In this document: in pieces, positions 23,388 to 37,094 of the stretch
Numbering within the stretch: the stretch's first letter is position 1
Layout of the letters: each line of letters opens with the position of its first letter
DNA from: Callorhinchus milii
Taxonomy: Eukaryota
DNA: 64,000 bases
NCBI RefSeq assembly: GCF_018977255.1
Contig: NW_024704742.1
Span: forward strand, 44,952,001 to 45,016,000
Direction of reading: 5' to 3'
Notes under the pieces: generated by a model
Database searches by the model: none
Seen by the model: the letters and a program-made list of their open reading frames with translations, nothing else
Told to the model about the DNA's origin: nothing
Program-made: the position numbers and the translations under genes

Positions 23388-26300
23388 TTTGTGGGTTGTG
23401 GTTAGGTTGTGGTTCTGGAGTATATAGGAGAGGAATATTTCATTTGTCATTTAGAGAGAGTTTTGAGATTCTATCATCATGTTATGCTTTCAATAACATG
23501 GCATATCTGATTGCTGTCTTGACATTGGAGATTTAGTTATTACAATGGCACATCTATTACAATCAATCATTTTATTACAGCACCCCATTTAAAGACATTG
23601 GTATTTGCTGTCATATTGGTCCAGGTGACTAGAGATTTAGTACATGGGCAGTGTCTTGAGTGCTTGTCTAACTGTCTGCATACTGCCCTATCCTTGTGGT
23701 ATGGTTTTAATTAAAGCTAGAATTATCATGAAGATGAGCAAAAGGCAGGAACACCAGAACAGCAGTGGTGGTCCTGGTGAGGAGGGAAGGGATAGAGTGC
23801 AGGTGCAAACATGAAGACAATGCAGAAGAAAGTTGCTCTCCTGCTTACTGGGAGTCAAAATATAAGGAAATTGAATGTACAACCAGCCCACAAGTCTTAT
23901 GCATTGCGAACAGTGTTGGGGAAAGGGAAGATAAGTGAAAATCTGTCTCCCGCACATCTGGATAATTCATAAATGATGCTTAAAGAATCTCCTAATGTAG
24001 ATCACAAGTCAGACCCCAGGGAGGTCCATGATATTCACAACCTAGATGTTCAACCCAGCTGGGAAGCATAAACGAACCCAACCTGCGAGAAGGGGCGGAT
24101 GGGAATTCGGAACATTTACCGAGTGCCCCCATGATTGGCTGCAGAGTGCTTCACACAAATCAGTACCATTCTTAACATCACAATCCCAAACCCTTTCACA
24201 GAGACATTCTGCCACTGCCTTTGAGAACTCTGCACTAACATAACATGCTTCCAACCTCATTAGAGTGGAGTTCCCTCAAGGAAGTGTAATGTACATCAGT
24301 GACCAATAGGTTTCAATATTTATGAATCATTTATGAATAAATCCGTATTACGAATGTTTCAGATTTTGAAAACTCCCCCCACCCACCATGATGAAATCAA
24401 GTCAAAACTTAGTTAATCTAAAATTCTGCAGCACATTGAAATAAATTACCAGCTAACTTTCATTTCAATGTCAACATGAGCAGAGGCAGCAATTTCTATT
24501 TCAGTTCCATCAAGCCCACAGACATAAAAAGCAATGGCGTTATCAGAAGTTAAGTGGAGGGTCTTCCACCATCAATTCTTCTTTGTTATCAAAGGCTACA
24601 GAGCTTCCAAAGATGTAGATTGTAGACCAAGTGCTCCCGAAACAGTACACTTAGAGATGCCTCATCTGTCTCCACTGCAATTGCCAATGCATCTTTTGTA
24701 GGACAGTACAACTGTGATTTATTCTAGGACATGAAATATGTGGCACATCACATACTGTCTCCACTCCTTCATCTGTCACAATGCGAAACACTCCTTCATC
24801 TTCCAGCCTCAATATTTACACTGCAATGCAATTAGCAAGTTTTGTTCAGTCTCCTGATACACATAATAATTTTCTGCATGCTCATATGCCAACTTTACCA
24901 CTAATCACCTTCATTGGGCATTCATTAGCATACAACATCTACAGTACAGGGTATTCACAAAGTATTGTTAGCCCTGTTTTTTTCTACAGCACACTGACTA
25001 ACAACTGACTTATAACTATTTGACTGTATTCAGCACAAGTGTTTAACTGTATTTAGACATGCAGAGGATTTGTGTGAATGCCATTATTTTCTTGGCAGAT
25101 AATAATCCATCGCCATGTTCGGTGAGACATCTTCCGGAACATGGCTGGAGTGATGAGGAAGTTGCTGGTATCAGACGTTGTTACACCCGACTTACCTGCA
25201 ACATAAAATAACAATTATTGTAAGAAAATAAACAGGGGGTAATAGGACTTTGTGGACACCCTGTACTTTGAACCATTGATAATGTCACAAACTCTTTTAC
25301 TCCCAATGCCGACCAGAGGAGTTTCTCCTGAGAGTCTGACCATCAATCCTCCAAATGAATTCATCATTTTCTTTGTTGGACTCTGCCTGAAAGGGCAGAC
25401 ACGACACTTGGCAATAATCGTTGTGACATTGTATTTTGACATTATAGCCACATATAAAATGCAAATTTTTCTAAGTTCTTTCCTGATTACAAATTTTCTA
25501 CACTCATTTAACTTTTCATAACAGCGAATGAGCCTATTTTAAAATTCTCATCTTCACAGTCAAGAGGGTATTTCATACAACATGACTGATGTGGATGTTG
25601 TGATATTACAACCTGCACTTACACCTTCCCCAAGGTCAGCTACTTCTACACTCCCTCATCTCATCCTTCTGTGCATGTGCATCATGCCTGGGTACACTGA
25701 TTTCTGAAATGCTTGGACTATTTTTCAGTCTCCTCTGTGCATGAAGTTTGCAAAGAGCATTACAACCCAGCACCTGCTACCAGCTGACCCTACCAACGCA
25801 GTCAGACAGTACCCTCCAGACTCAATCACTGTGTGCATTCAGTTTACACCCTGGTGCACACACAATCCAGTCTCTCACATTCCTACCCAGCCCAACCACA
25901 ACTCTTCATGTCACACAGCTGCTGTCCTCAAAAGATCCTCTCTCATTCTTCGCAGCCACAATATTTTTAAATGGCAATGTAACTTCAGCCACATTGTTAC
26001 AATGAAGGGCCAGGCCAATTTTTGAACACAATACTTTTTTAAGCATTAAAGCAGGGCAAGGAGGCACGATCTTAGTCGCTCTCCATTAATATTTGAATGG
26101 AAGGTCAATTTCAGATTTGTTAATTGTTTAATGTAAGAGAGTTTGCGGTGTATATTATTTCTGTCAAAGCTCTGAATATCATATCAATTTTGCAGATGAA
26201 TGGCCGATTTAAATAGAAGCACTAGACTTTTCCTCCCCAAAATACCCATATCTTTGATCCGTAAAGGAATAACTATTGCCATGTTTAAGGATTCTGTTGG

Positions 26301-26837
26301 TATAATATATGACTGTGTCTTATTCAATTGATAATTACACTATAAATTTGGATGGGGTGAAATTGGCAACCGGTGATCATTCCTAATGATAAAAATAAAA
26401 ATTCTCATTCTAATAATAAAATTCTAATAATAAATCTCTCAAGCTCCTTCAATTAGTGTGCAATATAGATAATGGTACAGGCAGAAAAGACCTTGAGAAA
26501 GCTAGCGATATGCCGTGTGAACTAAGAAATTACTGAATAAAGTTGTCATTCAATAAAAAAAAAGCCTCAACCCAATGCCACCTACTCAGCCATTGTTTGT
26601 GGATATGTTAGATGATGTACTAAATTAATCAAAATCAATGCTGGAATCCGAAGACAGACTTCAGACTTTCCTTCAACAAGTTTGGAATCATTTGGCTGGA
26701 AATTGATATATCGCTACTGTTGTCTTGACCACCAAACTCATTGATGTACAATGTGCTTGAATGTACCCAGACATCTGCTGGCTGATTAAGATGCTGCTGC
26801 TAGCAATATTAGCTTTTCACAAGAAGCCCCTTTATTT

Positions 26838-27030
26838 TGGACAATTCGCTCCCTCCCCCACCTTGTTCAAGGTCAGCCTCTAGATATACCTCTTCAATCA
26901 CACTCTCAGACCTCTTTCCTCTCCCCACCCCTCCCACCCACAGATCAGGTGCTATGCTATTATTGCTAAGTACCTTGAGACATCCTCCCGACATGAAAGA
27001 CTACATAAATGTAAATTTGTATTTTATTGT
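26838..27030 (+). mobile_element. Old L2 3' end fragment
   Basis: taccttgagacatcctcccgacatgaaagactacataaatgtaaatttg. Confidence 0.75.
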
Positions 27031-28849
27031 ACTATGATTCTGAAAGCATGACATACTTCAGGAGATAGAAGCTGATTGAAACAGCTTGGCTGTCCTCTAA
27101 CATCCCTCTGCCAATGCGTACCTCTCCAAGCAACTGAACTTTGTGTAGGAGCATGTCCAGGGGAACCTCCATCACTAGTGCTAGTCAAGATGGGCAGTCT
27201 TCACATCACGTGGCAGAAGAGCAGCAGATATTATGAGATGTGCCTTCAACCAGCCCACTGGAAGTTATGATGATGTGCTGAGTGGCATTCCTACAGGAAA
27301 AAAGAAAGTAACAATTCTATATCAGGGAATGATTTGTGAAGACAATTGCACAGACATGAAGGTACTATTGAATCTGTTCCCAGTATAGAAAGACAAAGAA
27401 CTTCACACAACAATTTCATGCTATACTGCACACAGACTACATTACTGTTGTGGACAAATATCCTCACTCTCACCACTGCAATCATGCCTTACCTGGACTG
27501 AATTTTTAAAGCAGTAACATGTGTCATACATCTATATGAATTACATGAATACTAACTTTTCTCCTCATATTTTTCGCTCTAGCGACTTCTACCTGAATGC
27601 CTATATGTGATGGTGCTTTTAAATGTGGAACATGGAATGATCTTTCATGGCAATTAAATATATGTAGGGTCTTTTGTATTAGAAAATGCCTTTTGTTATT
27701 GTGCAACTACCTTTCATTATTTATTGTCATGACTAACTAGACTTCTTATGCTGTGTAGTAACATTTTGCCTGCTTTACAACAAAGGAGATAGCATTTGTA
27801 TAATTGTTACCGTCCGGAGTGAAGGGCACTATATAAATGCAAGTTGTTGTTGTTGCAGTTTTGTTGCATGTTTTCTCTGAAAATGATAATTGTGGTGTGT
27901 GGTGTTCTTTACCTATCTATAGAGTTAAGCCTGTAATTACCCCATGTAACTATCCGTAACATTTTTATTAAAAGTTTCCTTTTTGGCAGAGAATGATTTT
28001 GGTGTAATTTGGTAACACAGGCCACAAGCTATGAAGCATCAAAGCGTGGTTGCTGCAAGATATCCCTCATCCTCATTCCTGAATAAAATCCAGGTTGCCA
28101 AGTCTGGCTGCCTTATTCGCCTTCCCAAATGTTATTGGAAAGCCTCCTTATATGCAAAGCCTTGGTAGGTTGTGACTCTTCCCACTTGCTATTGATGCTG
28201 TCAGCCAATGGAATATGTCTATTCTACTGAACTGCAACATAAAGTACATTTCCTTTTAGTCTTTAAATGTTGGTTCCAGGAATTTCTTCCTAGCAGAAGA
28301 TATTTATTAAAAAACTTCAAAACTGAGATATGATTGCAGTGTCTAAACAATGACTGCAGTTTGAATGAAGACAATAGTTTTTAAAAAATCAATAACAGTA
28401 CAATATTCTGGTGAGATGCGCATATAAAACACTAGAAGCACTAGACGCACCAATACAGATCCACTTTAGAAAACTCAATGCATTGACTCAAGAATGATAC
28501 ACCCATGTTTTTCGTTTTAAAGCTCTACTCATTGCATTTTTCCATTAATGACTACGCACAGTATGCTGATCATATGATTTTTAATAGTTTGCTGCAGGCA
28601 ATTGCTGACAACCAATTTGGCTTAAAGTCTGAAAGTGTTCGCCTTAAGAGCACTGTCTTTAAAATCTAAAATTGCGGAGAATTCTTTAAAATTCTTAAAC
28701 TCACTTTTAATTCTTAGAAAGAATTAATGGGAAATGTCATCCAAATTAAGGTTGTATTTCCAAAATTCCTTATGATCTTTTGACATTCTAAGACAATAGT
28801 CTAGAAGTTAATATCGCAAGTTTCTGACTTCAGATCTGATAAGTGGCAA

Positions 28850-29705
28850 AAGACATTCCATCTCTATTGCTTTCAACACTGTGGACCATCCAATCCTCCT
28901 GAATCACCTCTCCTTGATTTCTGACATGGACTGCTTTCTTCCACTTCTGCCACATTGCCTACCTCTGACGCTATCTCACACCAAATGCTGCCAAAAACCT
29001 CATCCATGCCTTCGTCATCTCCCACCTTGATTTCTCAAATGAGCTCTGTTACTTACACTTTCTTCCTTGCGCATCGTTCAAATCCACCACTATACAGAAC
29101 TTTAAGAATTTATCCTACACAAATGACACTTTGTAAATGCAAGTTGTTATTTTTGCAGTAAGACTGCTTTACGTCAGCCATATTTCTCATTCTTGAACAT
29201 TTGTTTTTACTCCAGGTTTGATTATGCTACTACACTGCTTTGCTCCACATGAGCTGCAGACTGTCTGAAACTCAACAGCCCTTGTCCTCCCCCACCCCAG
29301 CCTCCCTCAGTCTATCACTCCCATGCTAGCTCAACTCCACTGGGTCTCCATCCGCCAGTGCATTCAATGCAAGATCCTTGTTCAAATTCTTCCACAGTCT
29401 TGCCACACTTTACCTCCACAAACTAACTTCAACCCTACCAATCCAGCAACACAGGCCTGTTTCATGTTTCAGCCATTCTGTCCTGCTCTCTGCAACCCCA
29501 CTCCAGAACCATTCCACTTCCTCTCTCCCTTCTCACATTCAGGGTCTATTTAAAGACATACCACTTTGACAATGCTTTTGGTCATCTTTCCCCTCCTCAT
29601 CCTCTTTGGCTTTCACCCACAGCTCGAGTGCCCAGCCAGCAGTGTAAAGAACTTTGAGACGTCCTCCCAACATGAAAGGTGCTACATGAATGTAAATTGT
29701 ATTGT
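28850..29705 (+). mobile_element. Decayed L2 fragments (RT piece and 3' end)
   Basis: gctttcaacactgtggaccat (AFxTVDH), LAQLHWVSIRQCIQCKIL, L2 tail at about 29640-29705. Confidence 0.75.
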
Positions 29706-29714
29706 AATAATATA

Positions 29715-29872
29715 TAATAATAATCCTTGCATTTCAAATAACATCTTTATCTTACCGTTGAGATGTCTCAAAGCATTTCACAAGACATATTTTAAAGTAA
29801 TGTGACTGTGTGCGAACACAGCAGCCAATTTGCGCACAGCAATATCCCACAAGCAGCCATGGAATGAATGAA
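29715..29872 (-). mobile_element. Deu-SINE 3' fragment, tail-to-tail with L2
   Basis: ataataatccttgcatttc...gcagccaatttgcgcacagcaatatcccacaagcagcc. Confidence 0.8.
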
Positions 29873-30744
29873 CATTGTATGTAACAATTCAGGAAAAGGC
29901 AGCATGACCACTTTCATATGGTCTCACAATGAACCGTTAATAAGGCCATTAGTGCATAACAGAAACAAAATTGACTTAGACAAAAGACCAATAGTTTAGA
30001 AATGGTTATTATGCATAAGGAAAAGTCACATAAAACTGAGACTCAAGTTTTAATTTGTGTTTAATTTAATTCAGAAAAATATTTTAAGCTTTTTTTATTT
30101 TCATTTTTGGTTGGAAAATTCTATAATACTGATCGCCAATTGGGATCATTGGACCATAAAGGTCACAGAAGTAACATTGTCAAGAAGAATCAATCCAACT
30201 TTATAGTCTCAAAAGTCCTTACTGCAGTATTCAACATGTATTTCCACTGTTACAAAAGGTCAATATTCACAATTTCACCATAACCACGGAGCACAAACTC
30301 AGACAGAAACTCAGTGCTCGTCTGTGATTTGAATGTGGGATAGAAATATCATATCTCAATTGAATATAAGTCTTGCTGTGCAGCGTAGATGGAGTTCAGG
30401 GATTCTTGTTGATGCATCCCCACATGACGAGTTCCTGATCACAAATGTCAGAGAGTGCCACTGAGCAGAGGCTGTTCTCTTCACCACAGGTCACAAGGAA
30501 GGTTCTAATGTACCTACTGGTACCTGATTTGTCTAGTTCCTGTAAAATGCTTGCCTCTCTTATTCTATTTTTACAGATTCTGAAACAAGAAATTTGTGGA
30601 TACGCACTAATCTCCTCATGAATTAGTCCCTGTGTGCTGTGAGGTACCTCTAATAAAACATGTTGCTAATGTGTTAGATTTTAATATTAAATTCACTTTA
30701 CAATATATTCTGTGAAGCGCTTTGAGTTCATTAAACTCGACATT

Positions 30745-31066
30745 TGGAGTCCTGTAGCTCAGTGGGTAGAGCACTCGCTTTGCAAGTGGGAGACCTGAGT
30801 TCAATTCCAGGCAGGGTGAAACCTTGGGCAAGTTTCCTTACTCCACACGCCTAATAATAATCCCTCCAAAAAAAACAGTAATAAATTGGTCATTTTCAAT
30901 CTACGACTGTTTGTGGGACACTGCTGTTCGCAATTGGCTGCCTCGTTTCGCCCACAAATATACAGTCAATTCACTTTACCGTGTGTTCTGTGAAGCACTT
31001 TGGGACGTCCTCCCGACGTGAAAAGGATTATATCAAATGCAAGGATTATTATTATTATTTATTATT
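30745..31066 (+). mobile_element. Young chimeric tRNA-SINE (short form)
   Basis: tggagtcctgtagctcagtgggtagagcactcgctttgcaag head to gggacgtcctcccgacgtgaaa...(ATT)n. Confidence 0.97.
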
Positions 31067-32144
31067 TGAGTTTTAATTTAAATACCAATATTATTGCTAT
31101 ATTGAAATATATTGGTATATTGAAAAATATACCAATATTTTGGATTAATATTGAAGGATATGGCCAAAGAAATAACGGAATAGGAATAGAGTACATTGCT
31201 CCGATGGAAGGAGGGGGTTTGAGATATGGAGGTCCAAATTACCTTCTCTTGTGTTTCTTCAGCTTCTCCTAAATTGAGAAGATACTTGATGCTGTAATAG
31301 GAGGATGGTAGACTGGGTATTGCTGGAAGGATGAGACACATTGGCCAAAGGGCCATCTGTCCCTCTCTTGTGAATGCTCATTAACCAATGCATAAAGTAC
31401 ACAGAGCACAATAACTCACACATTACAGAACATGAGCTCATTAACGTATGGTTCAGTGAATCAGATGTTTCTTCAGCTATTGTAATAGAATATTTTTAAA
31501 ATGCTATTTCAGATCTAAGGGTATTTTCATACCAATTTTACATTATATTTTTACATTGGTCACCGCATCTTCACCCACACCAAACTCCACATGACCATCA
31601 CCCTAATCCTTGCCATTGTCTCCCTGACTCCTAACAGATTGACTTCAAGATCCTCACACTCACATATAAATCCCTAACAGTACAATATTGGAAAAGCCCA
31701 CTTTTCTCGTGCTTGAATTTTCTTCTCAAGCCTCTCTGCCACAGAAAATAGAATTCAAAAGCAGCATAGCACAGACCTTTCACCACATTCTTCCATAGCT
31801 GTCGTGCTCCATGGACACATCTCACACCTCCATGGAAGGTCTGTCAGCTAAGGATTTATTTATATTCAGCGGTAATATTCCCTGCTGTCTTGGTGAAGAT
31901 ACCATCCAGTGGTGATGGTGATGGTACCCATGGGACTGCAATGAAAGAACAAAGGAATCCAACACCTCCAAAAGAAGGAAAAGCAAAAAACTGGGGGAGC
32001 AGAATGAAATTGCATTGTTTTCTCCGGAGGCCATTAGAACCACCTCCTATGTGTCTCATGTCCTTGGCTCCAAGAGGTCCAGAGGTTAAAAGATAAAGTG
32101 TATTCTGATAACTCAAAGATGCTTAGTGTAGGGCATTTGTCTAA

Positions 32145-32892
32145 CCTCAATGGATGCTGATAGTGACAGTGCAGTGACATAGGACCTTACTCAATGCTGA
32201 TAGTATGACAGTATAATTGATAGTTACCATGGAAATAAAATAAAATAAAATTGATGATTCACTTAGCGGGTGTTTGTGGGCAAGTTGGCATTTAACTACA
32301 AAATACACAGTCGCAACATATTACTGTATATCAATACATTAGAATATATTAGAATATACAATGAAGCACTTTGAGATGGCTTGACAATATGATAAGATGC
32401 TATGTGAAATGCAAGGATTATTATAATCATAGTGACAGAGCACCTCACTGGATGATGCTAGTAATAATAATAATAATAATAATAATCCTTGCATTTGATA
32501 TAACGCTTTTCACGTCTTCTAGACGTCTCAAAGTGCTTCACAGAATAGACTGCAAAGTGAATTGACTGTATATTTGTGGGCAAAATACGGCAGCCAATTG
32601 CACATAGCAGTGTCCCACAAACAGTCATGGATTGAAGTGACCAATTTATTATTGCTTTTTTTGAGGGATTATTATCAGCCATGTGAAGTAAGGAAACTTG
32701 CCCAAGGTTTCACCCTGCCGGGAATTGAACCCAGGTCTCTCGCTTGCAAAGTGAGTGCTCTAACCACTGAGCTTTAGGACTCGTGTTCTTGACACATGAC
32801 CTTCCTGCAACCTGATACTGCAGTGATATTGGTAGTGACACCCAACCCGCACTGGATAATGATAGCCACAGTGATAGTGACACAGGATACCC
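32145..32892. repeat. Degenerate ~40-bp tandem repeat interrupted by SINEs
   Basis: Recurring (c)tca(c/a)tggat(g/a)(c/a)tgatag...agtgaca..ggacc units near 32145, 32186, 32428 and 32833-32890. Confidence 0.55.
32462..32782 (-). mobile_element. Chimeric tRNA-SINE (short form, ACGTCT-AGA-AGACGT tail)
   Basis: Full head-to-(TAA)n match to the other copies. Confidence 0.96.
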
Positions 32893-34504
32893 CTGGTTAT
32901 TTGGTGTAGCATCACACCGGGTACCTAATGATGTAGTACCTCAAGGAATATGGGGTACTTTAGATGCTGAACTCACAATCCTTCACATAAAAATCTTTGA
33001 TTTAAAATTTGCTGTGTTAAGCAAACTGTGCTTACTATTCTTCAGTTTTGCTTTTAAGCAATATGAAGTTAAGTACTATCAATAATTATTAGTGATAGGA
33101 AACCTACTTAGACATGCACAGAAGACACTTGAAAAGCTAAAAATGTATTTAGTCATGTCTACCACAAAACATCAGCTCTCACGTTAAATTACATGCAGTG
33201 TTTTTAGTTGACTTGATTTGTGTGGGCCATCAGCTGAAATCAAATTCTGCAGTTGTCTGATGAAATTGTACACTAGAAAGGGACTCAGCACTCAAAGCTG
33301 GTCTGGCTGCTGCTTTGTATCTGTTAGTTTTAGTTTAGAACTGACAAGATGATGTCAGTACATTGAACAAAATGAATGCTTTTCTGCACTGTATTCATTC
33401 ACCCTTTAAAGCCCATAGGAATATATCTTGTAGGCTTCTCGCAACTGGCTGATAAAGATTTCAACTTCACCATCTTTGTCTCAGTGCTTGGGGATTACTT
33501 TCGCTCACCTACGTACTACATCGTACATTAGTGCATCGCCTAAGTACAAACTGACGGTAAACCATTAACATATAATGTGTTCAGCAAGCTATAAATAATA
33601 GAAATGTTCAATGCTTATAAGTTATTTATTTATACAGTTGTCCTGTCAAAGTCTACATTAAAATTAAAAACAAAACACTGCAAGATCAAGGATTTATTTT
33701 CAGAAGCTTTCACTGACTTAAGTTACAAAGTCTCAGATCCTGTACATCTTATTTGATGTGATGGCCCTTTCACAATGTTTTTGTTTTGACATTTTCAGCT
33801 TGCAGAGTAAGAGATTTTTTTATATATATATGAATTGAATTGTCTGTTACTATAGACCAGGCTACTGGGCACAAAACAAAACTGCTTATAATCTGCCCCC
33901 AAAATATTCTGGAACTTAGTGGAAGAAACAATGACAATTTGCAAACGTCTCATTTTAATTGCCTGCAGCAACAACAATTTGCATTTATATAGTACTTTTC
34001 GTCAAGGAGAATGTCTCAAAGTTCTTTTGAAAGGGGTCACTGGAGTCCAAGATGGAGGGAGACAGGAGTAACTGAGGAGAGGTGGCCTCAGTTCATGCAT
34101 GGTCAAAGAGATTGATGTATGCCGGTAAAGGAGACATATTCAGCAAACATGGCTTCTGAAGGCAACAGAGCTTGTCCAGAATCCACTAATTTGCTAGATA
34201 CTGTTTGGGTTGAATGACTGCTCAAGCCTCGGGTAGCTCCTCCCCCTTGCATCATTTCTAAGTGAAGGAAGCTCATTAATCTCACTAACTAGACATTGAG
34301 TGAACTCCATACATGTTTGGCTGTGATCGCCTCTGCCACATCCCATTTTTCGAATGTTTTTAGGGAATATGCATGCCTTTCCTGGAAGCTTTGAGCATTA
34401 ATGAACCAACACTCAAAAGGTTGTAAAGTAACATTAACTCTTCCAATATTTGGCTCCTGGAATATCTGGCCCCATTCATATCTTCATCTAGAGACCATGA
34501 GAGT

Positions 34505-35135
34505 AACGCTTCCCACCTACCCCAAAGTAGACGTCCATGAAGTGAATGACCAATTAATCTGGAAGATAGCTGGACAAGATGCCAGAAAAAACTCTATTCT
34601 CCCTATGGAACAGTGTTATAGGGCCTTTAATGTCAGTCTGAATAGGCAAATGTATATTTATGTTTCAGTTTTGCTTTGTGCATAGCACTTTTGTCTCTTA
34701 TACAGAACTTTAGGAATTCAAGGCCCTGTTATAACATAGGCTCACAGTTGATATTCCAAGACAGTACTGGGAGACTACTGCATTATGAAAGGCACTCATT
34801 TTTAAATACATTACTAATTTACATTTGTATAGCACCTTTCACCTCGGGAGGCATCCCAAGGTGCTGAATGAGTTGTTAAACCAAGTCGGACTGTTCAGGT
34901 GAATGTTAAAGAGCCCATAACACAAGGAAAAGAGAAGGGAGTTTACTCTAGTGTTCTGGTCAACAATCCTCCAGATTAATTGCTCAATAGTGTATTCTAT
35001 GCTGTTTGTAAGAACTTGCTGTGTGCAAATTGGTTGATGTGTTTGCCTACACATCCGCATTCACTTCCTTTGACAGTAATTAACTGTGAGACATTTCACT
35101 GTTATATGTGCCATATCAGGTGCAAGGGTTATTAT
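34505..35135. mobile_element. Cluster of old Deu-SINE fragments on both strands with a nested L2 tail
   Basis: catgaagtgaatgaccaatt; ttcaggtgaatgttaaagagcccat; ttgctgtgtgcaaattggttg. Confidence 0.7.
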
Positions 35136-35509
35136 TAAGTAATGGCTCAATAGATCAAGCACTATCCACCCTTTCATAAACGTTTCCCCGTCCATCCAAT
35201 CTCCTGGAAAGAGTGTTACATTCAAAATACTCCAAGATGTGCTTAACTTGATTGCTAATATTTGTCAATCCGTGCATCTCAATCATTCATTTTTTTCCCA
35301 TTATCTAGCATTATAATATCACTTTCACCCTTTCCTGACTGTCAGCAGCACCTTACCGTGTCCTATAAAGTACTTGATAAACGGAAAATGCACCTATCCC
35401 TATATTATGCAATACAATTCCCAACCAGATAGTTATCCAGTTTTCTTTGCAGTAGATAGTCAACACAACAATAATTGCTTTTGCGAGGAGCCTGTTCCAT
35501 ATATCCAGT

Positions 35510-35660
35510 GGTATGCCAGACAAATGTGTCTTCTCATCTCTAGTCTTGCTTGAGGTTTGTTAATTTTAAAGCAATGCTCTATTCTGTGTTCACAGCTTTT
35601 GTCAAATAAGATGATTCCATTTACACCATCTATGCGATCTAACAATGAGAACCAGCCTAC
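35510..35660 (-). mobile_element. Very old CR1 ORF2 C-terminal remnant
   Basis: LDRIDG..LF...FKINKPQARLEMRRH resembles the CR1 DRVD..LF..RGH..K...RLD.RK.FF motif. Confidence 0.5.
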
Positions 35661-36189
35661 AGGTTGATTTAGAGAGTGTTCTGTGGAACTGATAACATGA
35701 AACTTCCAGGATAATGGATAGAGCATGGCTTCACTGCATTAATCACCTCTAAATCTACCTAAATCCAAGTTGTATTTTTAAAGAATACAAGATAAGGCTG
35801 TGGTAAAAGCATAGCAAATCACACTGTTCTAAAGTCTTCCATCCAGTTACTGCCTTTAGAATTGGTAATCTTAGGCATTGAAGCAACTCACTTATTTTTG
35901 CTTGATCTGCTGCATCACTGCTCAACTTACTGTCAGGCAGCCTTGGTTTCCATTTCTCCATTACAACCGCTATGAATCACTGGTTTACACTGAAGTCCCT
36001 TAACTAGTGTTTTTGACAGTTCACAGCTCTTTCCTGGAGGAAGGAAATGTCAGGTTTTAAAAATCTCATGATAGTTTTACATTGATCAACACACAGAATA
36101 GAAGGAAGTCCACATCATTTCCAAGCATCATTTCAGTTTTAGTAAGAAAATTCCTCGAATCCACCTTCTGAGATAAAACAATTGCATGC

Positions 36190-36720
36190 AGGATGGAGAA
36201 GGGTGTAGAGAAGTCGAGATTTGTGTGGGATCTAAACATTGGCATGGACTAGTTGGACCAAATGGCCTGTTTACATACATTCTGTGTAATTTTACATAAG
36301 TGAGCACTAAGTTAGAACTACAGAACCATAGAAATTTACAGGACAGAAGAAGGTCATTGTGTCTCTGTTGGCTGTTTTAAAGAGCAATCCTTTTAGACCC
36401 ATTTACCTGTCCTTTCTCCCAAACTTCTGTATAGATTGATCAGGGGGAGCCATCATAGTTTTGTGAAAGGTATGCCTAATATTACTAACTTAGAAGAGTT
36501 GATGGAGAAAATCACGGAGATGCTAGAGATTCAACCAATCCTATCAGTAGCGATTTATTGGTCCAGTTAAATAAGTTATTAAAGACTGCTTTTTAGTGGC
36601 ACAAGAAATCAGAAAAACTAATGGGATGTCAGGCTTTATCATAAGAGGCACCAATTATAAAAGCAAAGTAATGAATACTCCTGCAGCTACAAACACTGAT
36701 GGTCAGACTTCATACTGTTG
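36190..36720. mobile_element. CR1 fragments (3' UTRs on both strands and an ORF2 piece)
   Basis: ggcatggactagttggaccaaatggcctgttt; catagaaatttacaggacagaaga; GFIIRGTNYKSKV. Confidence 0.65.
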
Positions 36721-37094
36721 CATAAAACTGCACCTGGGGTGGCTAGATGTACTCTATGTATGTACCATTTTACAGTATTCAGAATTTGGTCAAGTCTTCA
36801 TTTTGAATTTGTATTTTTTTTAATAACTACAAAAGATCCAAATTGAAAATTACGATTGAATTCAACAATTTGCCAAAATCTCAATTTTCTGAAATATAAC
36901 AACAAACAATATACTACAGAGTAAATATACTATACTATAACATATATAGTTGTATACTACAGAGTAAATCTAGACTCAGGTAAAAATTCTCCCCAACTTT
37001 GTTCAGTTATGAATAGGTAAACAGAAACCGAGTAGCAAAAAATTCCTACCCTAGTATGCCACTCCAAATCCTACCAATGAGTCACATTAACTGG

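Noticed and set aside
27115..27290. Minus-strand exon after the strong acceptor ttactttcttttttcctgtag
   Set aside because: All three frames hit stops before a convincing donor; not supportable as coding
30577..30643. Plus-strand exon (tttttacag ... gtacct)
   Set aside because: Stops in all three frames and a weak donor
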